From IMG/VR virus record IMGVR_UViG_2721755660_000004: a stretch of DNA of 45,337 nt, one strand, 5' to 3'. The notes under the pieces were generated by a model. The model ran no database searches. It was given only the letters and a program-made list of their open reading frames with translations, and had not been told where the DNA came from. The translations under genes and the position numbers were made by a program. Every line of letters starts with the position of its first letter. The stretch's first letter is position 1. The DNA is from a virus. Lineage: Duplodnaviria; Heunggongvirae; Uroviricota; Caudoviricetes. This document shows positions 1 to 7,265 of this stretch, piece by piece.

Positions 1-1314
1 CTAACTTACTGATTTTAATAGACCTCTTGTGTCACTTTGGTGATTATGGGACATCATTGGGACATAATCTGCCAGCTTCTGATTCAGCATGGCGATCTGT
101 TCTGCATTGCTGTCAGTCATCCATGCTCCGTATACATTGAACACCATCTGGGCACTTGCATGGCCCATCTGGCTGGCAATGAAGCTTGGATTTGCTCCGG
201 CAGATAATGACCAGCACGCATAAGTGTGTCGTGACTGGTATGCCTTTCGATACCTGATGCCAGCACGCTTAATGGCTGTTTCCCATGAGTCGCCAATGGA
301 ATCTACCTTGTAGATAAAACCTACCTGTTTGCTTTTTCTAACCACCTGGGGGTTAAATACGAAAGTACATTCATGATTCACTGAACGTCCATATTCACGT
401 AGTTGCACCTTGATGTGGTGCTGCTTACCCAGTCTTGTCATTTCAGCCTGATTTTTCAGGACACTGATAGCGGGCTGGATAAGATGCACAACCCTGTTTG
501 TACTTGCTTCAGTTTTAGGTAGAGTGAACTCACCGAGTTTCGTATAATTGCGCCTGATAGTAATTGTTCCTGCTTTCAGATCGATATCTTCCCAGGCCAG
601 GGAGACCAGTTCACCATGACGCATTCCTGTGTACACAGCCAATGACCACAGGTTTTTTGTCTGCTGATGCCGGCAAGCATCTATCAGGCGAATAAATTCG
701 TCACGAGTTAGCGGATCTGGCTCTGCCCTGGCTTTTTTAAGAGGCTTAATTCTCTCGAAGGGATTTGCTTCTAAGTAACCGTGATCTGCAGCAAACTGGA
801 ACATTCCAGCGATTGTCGTCATGTAATAATTTACTGTGACAACGCTTCGTCCTTTTACTGGAGCTTTACCTTTTGTTGGATTTTGGTATCCGGTCAGCAA
901 ATCTTTCCTGATATACAGCAATTCCTCTTTGGTCACCGTTGACACCAGTCTGCTACCTCCAATTTTCGGAACCATCGTTCTTGCAACGGATTTATAGCGA
1001 TTGAATGCATTTGCAGAGATTTCCATGCGTTTCAGATCCAGCCACTTTTCTTCAAGTTCTTTCACCGTAATTTCTTTTTTATTTACCCCAAAAGCCTTGA
1101 GGTTAGGAGAGTCAGGGAACTGCGCAGCATAATCAAAGTTTCCTGTACGAATGGCAAAACATACAGATGTCCGCAGCTCTCCGGCGATCTTCCTGTTCTT
1201 GACAGTGTCAGGGACACCAAGATTTTCCCTGACACGTTTACCTTTAAAATTAAACCAGATGCGTAATGTGCCGCCGTGGTTTTCGACGCCTGTTGGATAT
1301 TTGACTTTATCCAT
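1..1314 (-). CDS. int: Phage integrase, tyrosine recombinase (437 aa, complete; stop codon at 1-3)
   Basis: Full ORF. The C-terminal region has tyrosine-recombinase residues (YTGMRHGEL; SRHTYACW; GHAS..VYGAW). It sits next to an excisionase at the prophage end. Confidence 0.95.
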   Translation of the reverse strand: MDKVKYPTGVENHGGTLRIWFNFKGKRVRENLGVPDTVKNRKIAGELRTSVCFAIRTGNFDYAAQFPDSPNLKAFGVNKKEITVKELEEKWLDLKRMEISANAFNRYKSVARTMVPKIGGSRLVSTVTKEELLYIRKDLLTGYQNPTKGKAPVKGRSVVTVNYYMTTIAGMFQFAADHGYLEANPFERIKPLKKARAEPDPLTRDEFIRLIDACRHQQTKNLWSLAVYTGMRHGELVSLAWEDIDLKAGTITIRRNYTKLGEFTLPKTEASTNRVVHLIQPAISVLKNQAEMTRLGKQHHIKVQLREYGRSVNHECTFVFNPQVVRKSKQVGFIYKVDSIGDSWETAIKRAGIRYRKAYQSRHTYACWSLSAGANPSFIASQMGHASAQMVFNVYGAWMTDSNAEQIAMLNQKLADYVPMMSHNHQSDTRGLLKSVS

Positions 1315-1369
1315 TGATACCTCCAGACGCCCAAGAGCGATACGAGCTTACATATTTCATGGTATTAAA

Positions 1370-1606
1370 TCACCCAGGTTGTTTGTTTTTCATTGAAGAG
1401 ACCCAGGCATCTATTGCTTTTCTGTTATACATACATTCACTGGAAGGTTTTGGATTACCGTCTGGCGATACGTGAATATACTCTCTTCCTACCATCCAGC
1501 ATTCTTTCCGGGCTCGGAGAATTGTGCCAGGTTTGAGCCCGGTAATTGCGATAAGAACGCTTTCACAAACCCATTCATTGGGAGCCAGTTGAATCACATT
1601 GCCCAT
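1370..1606 (-). CDS. xis: Excisionase-like DNA-binding protein (78 aa)
   Basis: Small ORF directly upstream of int on the same strand. GAGG SD lies 6 nt before the ATG. Size and position are typical of lambdoid Xis. Confidence 0.75.
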   Translation of the reverse strand: MGNVIQLAPNEWVCESVLIAITGLKPGTILRARKECWMVGREYIHVSPDGNPKPSSECMYNRKAIDAWVSSMKNKQPG

Positions 1607-1614
1607 GTATTACC

Positions 1615-1761
1615 TCACACAACACTCAGCCCACGGCAGTGGCACCACACTTCAAACATTCGTTTCACAATTTCACGACAGTAGAAACCGTCAACATCTC
1701 GCGTCAGGTCATAGCGATTGCCGTAACGCTGGCGTACCCATAGTTCAAACGCTTTATTCAT
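1615..1761 (-). CDS. Small hypothetical protein (48 aa, below the ORF-track cutoff; translated by hand: MNKAFELWVRQRYGNRYDLTRDVDGFYCREIVKRMFEVWCHCRGLSVV)
   Basis: ATG preceded by an AAGGAAG SD. It fills the gap between the neighbouring genes, and its stop lies 8 nt before the xis start. Confidence 0.45.
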   Translation of the reverse strand: MNKAFELWVRQRYGNRYDLTRDVDGFYCREIVKRMFEVWCHCRGLSVV

Positions 1762-1764
1762 TCT

Positions 1765-2007
1765 TTACTTCCTTTTCATGGCTCGTAATTTTTTCAGATG
1801 AGTTTCCTGCTCTGCTTCTGCCCGAATTTGTCGGTATTCCTGGTGATCGAGTCGTTCAAACATTTCATTAAAATCGTTTATTTTTACCGACTGTGTTCGC
1901 CCATCCATTCTTCTGTACAACACGGTGTTATTTATGCAGCGAATAATTTTTACCGGGTAACCGGCACTGTCGGTATACAGTTGCCCTTGATTAATCAAAG
2001 CGAACAT
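1765..2007 (-). CDS. Small DUF4222-like protein (80 aa)
   Basis: The internal ATG at 2007 has an AGGAG SD 5 nt upstream; the longer ORF-track start at 2130 has none. The sequence pattern YTDSAGYPVKIIRC..VLYRRMDG...F..MFERL recurs in two other small ORFs of this phage. Confidence 0.65.
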   Translation of the reverse strand: MFALINQGQLYTDSAGYPVKIIRCINNTVLYRRMDGRTQSVKINDFNEMFERLDHQEYRQIRAEAEQETHLKKLRAMKRK

Positions 2008-2038
2008 TTTTTCTCCTGCTCTCTGAATAGTGAGAACT

Positions 2039-2410
2039 TCAGAGCCGTATGTTTGTAGCGGGTTCAATACTGATAATTTCTGCTGAGATAAGCATCCCGG
2101 CAAGCCAGAGTTCTCTGGACAGGTCTTCATCCTGACATATCAGTTCGCCAATATTAATGGTGGCCATGATATCTGTTTCCCCTGTGCGCTCATCCTCGAC
2201 TTCTTCATAAGGCAGCGTTGCGTACAGGCTTTCAATAGCGCAACTGATAACATCCAGTCCGGTCAGATTGCCGCCGACAGTAACTTCGAATGTTTCGCGG
2301 TATTCCCATAGTCCGAAAGTTAATCGAACGGTTTGTTTTGCCATGCGTCCGCATGACGTCAGATTCGGGTCATAGTTCATTATTTGCGGTTGAGTATTCT
2401 GGGTGTTCAT
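2039..2410 (-). CDS. Hypothetical protein (123 aa from MNTQNTQ)
   Basis: Long ORF in operon orientation. The ATG at 2410 lies 8 nt after an AAGGGA SD. No family recognised. Confidence 0.6.
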   Translation of the reverse strand: MNTQNTQPQIMNYDPNLTSCGRMAKQTVRLTFGLWEYRETFEVTVGGNLTGLDVISCAIESLYATLPYEEVEDERTGETDIMATINIGELICQDEDLSRELWLAGMLISAEIISIEPATNIRL

Positions 2411-2424
2411 CTGCATTTCCCTTA

Positions 2425-2443
2425 GCCCGGCGGCCTGCCGGGC
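2425..2443 (-). other. GC-rich hairpin (GCCCGGC-N5-GCCGGGC) just downstream of the SPFH gene
   Basis: Perfect 7-bp inverted repeat seen directly. There is no U-tract, so it may be a weak terminator or an RNA-stabilising element. Confidence 0.35.
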
Positions 2444-2450
2444 ATATAAG

Positions 2451-3278
2451 TTATTTAACCTGGATAAATGGTGTATTTGCACCGCTGGTCATGTATTGCG
2501 GCAGTGTGCCGTTCCATTTATTGATGGCTTCCAGCTCCATAACACCGGGGTTCTGGCGCAGAGCTTCACCGCGTAAACGAATAGCATCGGCTTCGGCCTG
2601 GGCTTTTGTGCGAATCGCATCAGCCTGTCCGGCAGCTTCCGCGCGCAACATGTTGGCCTCCGCTTCACGTTGCTTGACTTCCTGCTCGCGCTGCAGGGTT
2701 TTCTGGTTTGCCGTGACTTTGGCGTTAATGCTGTCGATAACGGTTGGAGGGTATTCCGGTTTACCTACATAAGAGAGGCTCATTACCTGAATGCCGATGG
2801 GTGTCATCTCTTCCTGAATGTCTTTAAGTGCGGCATCCAGTAGTTCAGACTTGCCGCCGTCGATAAATTTGTCAGTGGTCATTTTGCTGGCCAGCCGATT
2901 GAGTGCGTCGGCAATTTTCTGGCGCAGGTCAGTGTCGGTAATGTCATCCACGCCTTTGCGGTAGGTCTGAAACACCGTGGTAACTTTGGATGGATCAACT
3001 TTGTAGGCCACACCGATGTGATAGCCGATGGTTGTACCGTCACTCATCTGGAAACTGAACGGTTCATCGTAGGTCTTCATTTGTTTGAAGGTGGGGAAGA
3101 TATAAACTTCAGTATTCCAGCCAGTCCAGTAGCGACCAACACCGACCACCTCACCGACGCCTTTGTCGTCGCCTAGTTTATTTACCTTGATGCCAACATT
3201 ACCTGGTTCAACGCGATCGCAACCGACAAGGCCAATAGTCGGCAGAACAATGGCTAAAGCAAAAATAATTTTTTTCAT
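2451..3278 (-). CDS. SPFH/Band-7 (prohibitin/HflC-like) domain lipoprotein (275 aa)
   Basis: Signal peptide with lipobox LVGC at residue 20 and Asp at +2. SPFH-like core, then an Ala/Glu/Arg-rich coiled coil (REQEVKQREAEANMLRAEAAGQADAIRTKAQAEADAIRLRGEA). AAGGA SD. Confidence 0.85.
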   Translation of the reverse strand: MKKIIFALAIVLPTIGLVGCDRVEPGNVGIKVNKLGDDKGVGEVVGVGRYWTGWNTEVYIFPTFKQMKTYDEPFSFQMSDGTTIGYHIGVAYKVDPSKVTTVFQTYRKGVDDITDTDLRQKIADALNRLASKMTTDKFIDGGKSELLDAALKDIQEEMTPIGIQVMSLSYVGKPEYPPTVIDSINAKVTANQKTLQREQEVKQREAEANMLRAEAAGQADAIRTKAQAEADAIRLRGEALRQNPGVMELEAINKWNGTLPQYMTSGANTPFIQVK

Positions 3279-3463
3279 CTTTTATCCTTAGTGAAAGAAA
3301 GACCCTTGTAAATGGCATAAATGCAGGGCGGGGTCAGAAACGCCAGTGCAAAGCAAGAAATAACTGCTATCGTATCCTTCATGGATATAAGGAACGGAAC
3401 GAGTAATCCGTAAATGCATGCGATAATTGCCAGTAAAATTACTATTGTGAAATACAGTCTCAT
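3275..3463 (-). CDS. Small 2-TM membrane protein (62 aa) coupled to the SPFH gene
   Basis: Two hydrophobic helices. Its stop overlaps the SPFH start (ATGA). The SD is weak. Confidence 0.6.
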   Translation of the reverse strand: MRLYFTIVILLAIIACIYGLLVPFLISMKDTIAVISCFALAFLTPPCIYAIYKGLSFTKDKR

Positions 3464-3615
3464 TGGTCTGTGGTATCCCGATATTTTTAACCGACTGACA
3501 GCGCAATAAAGAGAATAATGATTTCAGTTAGTGTCAGTACTGTGGCAAGGATTAAAATCAGTTTTACTCTGTTTAATTCACGGTTGCTTTTTATATAAAC
3601 GGTTAGTAAAAGATG

Positions 3616-3632
3616 GAAGAATTATATTCTTC
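3616..3632 (-). terminator. Hairpin GAAGAAT-TAT-ATTCTTC with T-rich flanks on both strands
   Basis: Perfect 7-bp stem 8 nt after the stop of the 3640-4221 gene. It separates that gene from the SPFH cassette. Confidence 0.4.
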
Positions 3633-3639
3633 TTAATAT

Positions 3640-4221
3640 TTAATGTGTCACTGGCGCTTCTGGCATACCATGAGTATTCAGGTCGTTCATCATTTCATCC
3701 AGAAGGAGTTCAAGCCCTTCGCGCCCCATAGCAGAGACAATGAAACCATTATTAGGATCTGCGATGAGCATTTTTTGATAGAGAAACAGAACTCGCCCCA
3801 TGCCTTCAGCTTCACCATATTTTTCAATAAATCCCCATTCGACATGGTTTTGCAGGGCAATGCGAAGTGGTCCTGGGTATATACTCATGCAACCATGCTT
3901 CCCCTTATAAATAACTGCGCGATCTGTAGTTCCGTTATCGTTAGGGATATCAACAGTGCCGTTCTTGTCTTCCTCTTCATTTATAAATGTTGTCACATAC
4001 AGCCATCGCCATTGAGCAACCTTCATATCGACTGAAAATCGTCCCAGTAATCCGGCATCATCGGCTTCAGCAATACATTGCATAATTCTTAAACCGTGAG
4101 AATTTGGATAATCGTATTCACCATCATTAAGTCGCTGTACGGCCTCAACATAATCAATGGTTGTATTGCCAATTTTTATGCCATGTGGCGTAACTTCTGG
4201 TCGGAAATCTGAATGATTCAT
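3640..4221 (-). CDS. Hypothetical protein (193 aa from MNHSDFRPE)
   Basis: AAGGAA SD 8 nt upstream of the ATG at 4221. ATGA overlap with the upstream ORF. AT-rich by eye. No family recognised. Confidence 0.7.
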   Translation of the reverse strand: MNHSDFRPEVTPHGIKIGNTTIDYVEAVQRLNDGEYDYPNSHGLRIMQCIAEADDAGLLGRFSVDMKVAQWRWLYVTTFINEEEDKNGTVDIPNDNGTTDRAVIYKGKHGCMSIYPGPLRIALQNHVEWGFIEKYGEAEGMGRVLFLYQKMLIADPNNGFIVSAMGREGLELLLDEMMNDLNTHGMPEAPVTH

Positions 4222-4406
4222 AATGTTTGTTCCTTTGCTGGTGGAATAATCGTGTAGCCAGCTCTTTTTGCCATCCACAGAAATGTATCCATGCAGCCAA
4301 CGAATTCATTATCCAACAGATGTTTTGAGTAAATTACTTCACCATTTTCAATGGTTAGCAACACTCTTACTTTTTTATGTGTTATGTTTTGTTGTTTTTC
4401 TTTCAT
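4218..4406 (-). CDS. Hypothetical protein (62 aa)
   Basis: GGGAG SD 8 nt upstream. Translationally coupled (ATGA) to the downstream 193-aa ORF. Confidence 0.6.
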   Translation of the reverse strand: MKEKQQNITHKKVRVLLTIENGEVIYSKHLLDNEFVGCMDTFLWMAKRAGYTIIPPAKEQTL

Positions 4407-4410
4407 TTAT

Positions 4411-4524
4411 TTATCTCCCATATGCTTTGCGCAAATACAGGTTGGCTATATGAAGATAAGAATCTCCATGTTGTGCAATGAGGCAGGCAGTTTTATACGA
4501 TGCCTTATGTTTCAGGAAAGTCAT
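4411..4524 (-). CDS. Possible small basic protein (37 aa, hand-translated: MTFLKHKASYKTACLIAQHGDSYLHIANLYLRKAYGR)
   Basis: AGGAG SD 7 nt upstream. Its stop lies 4 nt before the next start and contains that gene's SD. Confidence 0.3.
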   Translation of the reverse strand: MTFLKHKASYKTACLIAQHGDSYLHIANLYLRKAYGR

Positions 4525-4602
4525 AACATAATCTCCTGCGAATAAAGGTTGCAACAATCCCCGGCGATAAAACCGTAATAAACATTCAGGGAATATTTAT
4601 TG

Positions 4603-4974
4603 TTATTGCGCTAATTCTTTTTCGGCAGCAGATTTTGCATATTCACATGCAAAATTCAGAATTTCGCTGCCAAGTGTTTTTGTTTCGTGATTACTGGACA
4701 TATGTAATACCTGTGTTGCATGCAATAAATGATAAACATTTACCGCAAATGAATCAGGCTCCAGACAAATGCCTTCATAATCATCTTGTTGTGAGGTTGT
4801 TTCTGTCATTGCTCCTGAAGTGCATGCGAGCCTGTTTTTGACAATTCTCTTTCCTCTAAACACGATATCGGCAACTTCTATTGCTTTTATAACCTCCGGG
4901 AGAAGATCCGGGTTTGCATAATCAAAGTCATCAACATGGAGAGCAGTTATGTTTTCGAACTTTTTCGTGCGCAA
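4603..4974 (-). CDS. Hypothetical protein (123 aa, TTG start)
   Basis: ORF with a TTG start preceded by GGAG. The start lies 28 nt inside the 3' end of the upstream HTH gene. No family recognised. Confidence 0.55.
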   Translation of the reverse strand: MRTKKFENITALHVDDFDYANPDLLPEVIKAIEVADIVFRGKRIVKNRLACTSGAMTETTSQQDDYEGICLEPDSFAVNVYHLLHATQVLHMSSNHETKTLGSEILNFACEYAKSAAEKELAQ

Positions 4975-5381
4975 GTATCTCCAGCTGTTGGTTTACCGGT
5001 TAACAGCCACATCGGGTCGCAACCAAGAACATTTGCCAGCGGGATAAGCATACTGATAGTTGGTTCATGCTCTCCGCTCTCCCACTGGATTATGATGTCT
5101 TCATCGAGATCGAGCAGCCTGGCGAGTTCGGCGGTTGTTAAGCCGCAGGATTCGCGTTGGGTGCGAAGACGGTTGTTGATTGCAGAATTTTTGTTCTGTA
5201 AAAGCATTGCTGACGATAGCTTTCTGGATATGCTATTTGTCATATCCCATGCCAGTCCTGCGCATGACTCGATATCGCCAGAGAGCGTAGCATCTGGCGT
5301 TGCTTTGGCTATTAGTGTAATGAGACTGCCGAGGTTTTTCAGTTCTTCAAGACAGTCAAGAGTTGTAGCTTTATTGATCAT
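4947..5381 (-). CDS. XRE-family HTH protein with an unknown N-terminal domain (144 aa); first gene of the leftward operon
   Basis: The C-terminal half matches the Cro/C1-type HTH pattern (LRTQRESCGLTTAELARLLDLDEDIIIQWESGEHEPTISMLIPLANVLGCDPMWLLTG). GAGGT SD 8 nt upstream. Confidence 0.8.
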   Translation of the reverse strand: MINKATTLDCLEELKNLGSLITLIAKATPDATLSGDIESCAGLAWDMTNSISRKLSSAMLLQNKNSAINNRLRTQRESCGLTTAELARLLDLDEDIIIQWESGEHEPTISMLIPLANVLGCDPMWLLTGKPTAGDTCARKSSKT

Positions 5382-5412
5382 GAGATGATACCTCAGTTAC
5401 GAACTTTGTTTT

Positions 5413-5460
5413 ATGGTAACTAAGGTATCAAGGCGTGGCAAGTGATTTTTGATACTTTGG
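5413..5460 (-). promoter_or_regulatory. Putative PL promoter with OL-type operator half-sites
   Basis: On the minus strand: -35 TTGCCA (5441-5436), 17-nt spacer, -10 TACCAT (5418-5413). Inverted 7-mers GTATCAA (5425-5431) and TTGATAC (5449-5455). The 12-mer TTGATACTTTGG (5449-5460) is repeated exactly at 6188-6199. Confidence 0.5.
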
Positions 5461-5484
5461 TTTCTTTTTGTGTTTTGAGTCTGG

Positions 5485-6141
5485 TCAGAAAATATCCCAC
5501 CTGGCATCAACTACAACACCTACTATTTCGCAATCATTGTCCATTTCTATGATTGGATATTGTGGATTAAGGGGCTTTAGAAACGCCTTTCCCATTTCAG
5601 AAATATATTTTTTGAATGTTGCTTCATTGGTGGATTTTTTTCTGGCGATGACGTAACACCCTGAAAAAACTTCTTTATCTGGGTTGACAAGGATCGACAT
5701 TCCTTCAGGAAATGTTATTCCTACGGGCGAAGTCATTGAGTCTCCGTGCACTTCCAGCCAGAACCCCCTATCACCAGCGTATTTTACAGAATGCCTCCAG
5801 TTATCCTGATCATACATGTTGTAGTCATCACCAGCAGTTGCGAATAATCCTGCCTGAACCCAGTTAATTACAGGGTAAGAGTGTGCTGTGTCTCTCTGTG
5901 GGCAGCTCTTAACATTATTTTCCCAATGCTTATCTTTTTCATCTCCGCTCTGAAGCCACTGCGGTGAACACTGCAGTGCAGCTGCGACTTTAAAAAGGGT
6001 GTCACCGTTGAAACTTTTTGTAAGGCCTTGCTCGGCTTTACTGATTGCAACTCTGGTGACCCCTGCTTTTTTAGCCAACGCATCTTGCGTTAACCCAGCT
6101 TTTTGTCGTGCGTTGATGAGGCGTTCACCTAAAGATTTCAT
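5485..6141 (-). CDS. cI: CI-type prophage repressor: N-terminal HTH plus C-terminal S24 (LexA-like) autopeptidase (218 aa)
   Basis: HTH (GLTQDALAKKAGVTRVAISKAEQG) and S24 motifs (GDSM..., later KK). AAGGAG SD before the ATG at 6141. Divergent from a cro-like gene. Confidence 0.9.
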   Translation of the reverse strand: MKSLGERLINARQKAGLTQDALAKKAGVTRVAISKAEQGLTKSFNGDTLFKVAAALQCSPQWLQSGDEKDKHWENNVKSCPQRDTAHSYPVINWVQAGLFATAGDDYNMYDQDNWRHSVKYAGDRGFWLEVHGDSMTSPVGITFPEGMSILVNPDKEVFSGCYVIARKKSTNEATFKKYISEMGKAFLKPLNPQYPIIEMDNDCEIVGVVVDARWDIF

Positions 6142-6163
6142 TTTTCTTCTCCTTTCATGGCTG

Positions 6164-6236
6164 CTGATACTAAAGTAACAGAATCTCTTGATACTTTGGA
6201 TTCTCGCGTTTAACATTCTTGGATAACAGAGTATCC
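6164..6236. promoter_or_regulatory. OR-type divergent control region (putative PR, with operators)
   Basis: On the plus strand: -35 TTGATA (6188-6193), 17-nt spacer, -10 TAACAT (6211-6216). TTGATACTTTGG (6188-6199) is identical to the OL copy. A related CTGATAC lies at 6164-6170, and GGATA-N6-TATCC at 6221-6236. Confidence 0.5.
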
Positions 6237-6252
6237 GGTGTGAGACTAAAGA

Positions 6253-6480
6253 ATGACCCTTTATGAAATATTAAAAACTCAATTTAAAACCAATGCCGCT
6301 ATTGGCCGCAGGTTCCCAAAGAAAGGAAAGCCTCGTGGCAGTCAAGGTGTTGGAAAGTGGAAAACGAGAGGTGTTCCAGAGGACGTAGCTATTCTCTGCC
6401 ATCTGGATCCAAGTATCCCGTATATCCATCCTGATTTAGCGCACACAGAAGAGGGGCAAGGTAAGCAATCGGAGGTGTGA
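6253..6480 (+). CDS. cro: Cro-like small DNA-binding regulator (75 aa)
   Basis: Small basic ORF divergent from cI across the operator region. Function is assigned mainly from position. Confidence 0.7.
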   Translation: MTLYEILKTQFKTNAAIGRRFPKKGKPRGSQGVGKWKTRGVPEDVAILCHLDPSIPYIHPDLAHTEEGQGKQSEV

Positions 6481-6481
6481 T

Positions 6482-7228
6482 ATGTCACAGTGCTTAGCGA
6501 TGCTTCAGAAACTTAATCAGCGTGTTAAGGCTGGGAAGAATTTCTGCGGGAGTTTTGATAACCGGAACAATCCGCCTGTCTTCATAGAGCTCACTAGCTT
6601 TCAGTGCGTTAAAAAAGTTATCTACGGCTTGTTGGTAACTTCGTGCTTGTCTGCTGCTCAGGTGAGGGCGCAGTCTTCTGAAATCGTCTCTGGATATATG
6701 TGGCATATCCCGTTTTCCGTCTCGGCAACCCTCGCGGAAGGCGTCAAGGATCAGGAACAATTCATCAGCGACGGCATTGAACTCTTTCCGCTTATCTCGA
6801 TTTTTGGCAAGCCAGTGTCCGAGCCAGGCGCCAAGTCCAAAAGCACTAACCGTCCAGATGAAGGTAACAAGGCGCGGGTTGGTATTGAACAGAAGAACAA
6901 ACTCACTCCAGATGATTCCCATAATTTCTGGCGACTCCTTTTTGTTCAGGTAGCGGCATTTCTTGTTGCATTTCCTGTTGGTGCTTATTTCAGCATGCGG
7001 GCAAATCTTCGCAATGACTGGCGTAAGCATATCCAGAAAGGAAGACGCCTGAAAGTACCCGTACTGGCTATGTTCTCCATCACAGGCATCAGCGATCGCA
7101 TTAAACCTCGATCTTGGCAGATATGGGAACGGAAGCATTGGTTTCAGGATATGCGGATATGCCATGGGATCGAGGCTGCTTATAGGGATGCATGGCTCTG
7201 GAAAAAGCGCGTAACTGAGAAGTGCTGA
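6482..7228 (+). CDS. Hypothetical protein (248 aa), possibly membrane-associated. Strand assignment is uncertain (see findings).
   Basis: The ATG lies 1 nt after the cro stop, with a GGAGG SD 6 nt upstream. It ends 38 nt before the next gene. An equally long codon-aligned antisense ORF (6494-7300) competes with it. Confidence 0.45.
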   Translation: MSQCLAMLQKLNQRVKAGKNFCGSFDNRNNPPVFIELTSFQCVKKVIYGLLVTSCLSAAQVRAQSSEIVSGYMWHIPFSVSATLAEGVKDQEQFISDGIELFPLISIFGKPVSEPGAKSKSTNRPDEGNKARVGIEQKNKLTPDDSHNFWRLLFVQVAAFLVAFPVGAYFSMRANLRNDWRKHIQKGRRLKVPVLAMFSITGISDRIKPRSWQIWERKHWFQDMRICHGIEAAYRDAWLWKKRVTEKC

Positions 7229-7265
7229 ACCGTGATCCCAATAATTTATCCGTAAGGAGGTATCA

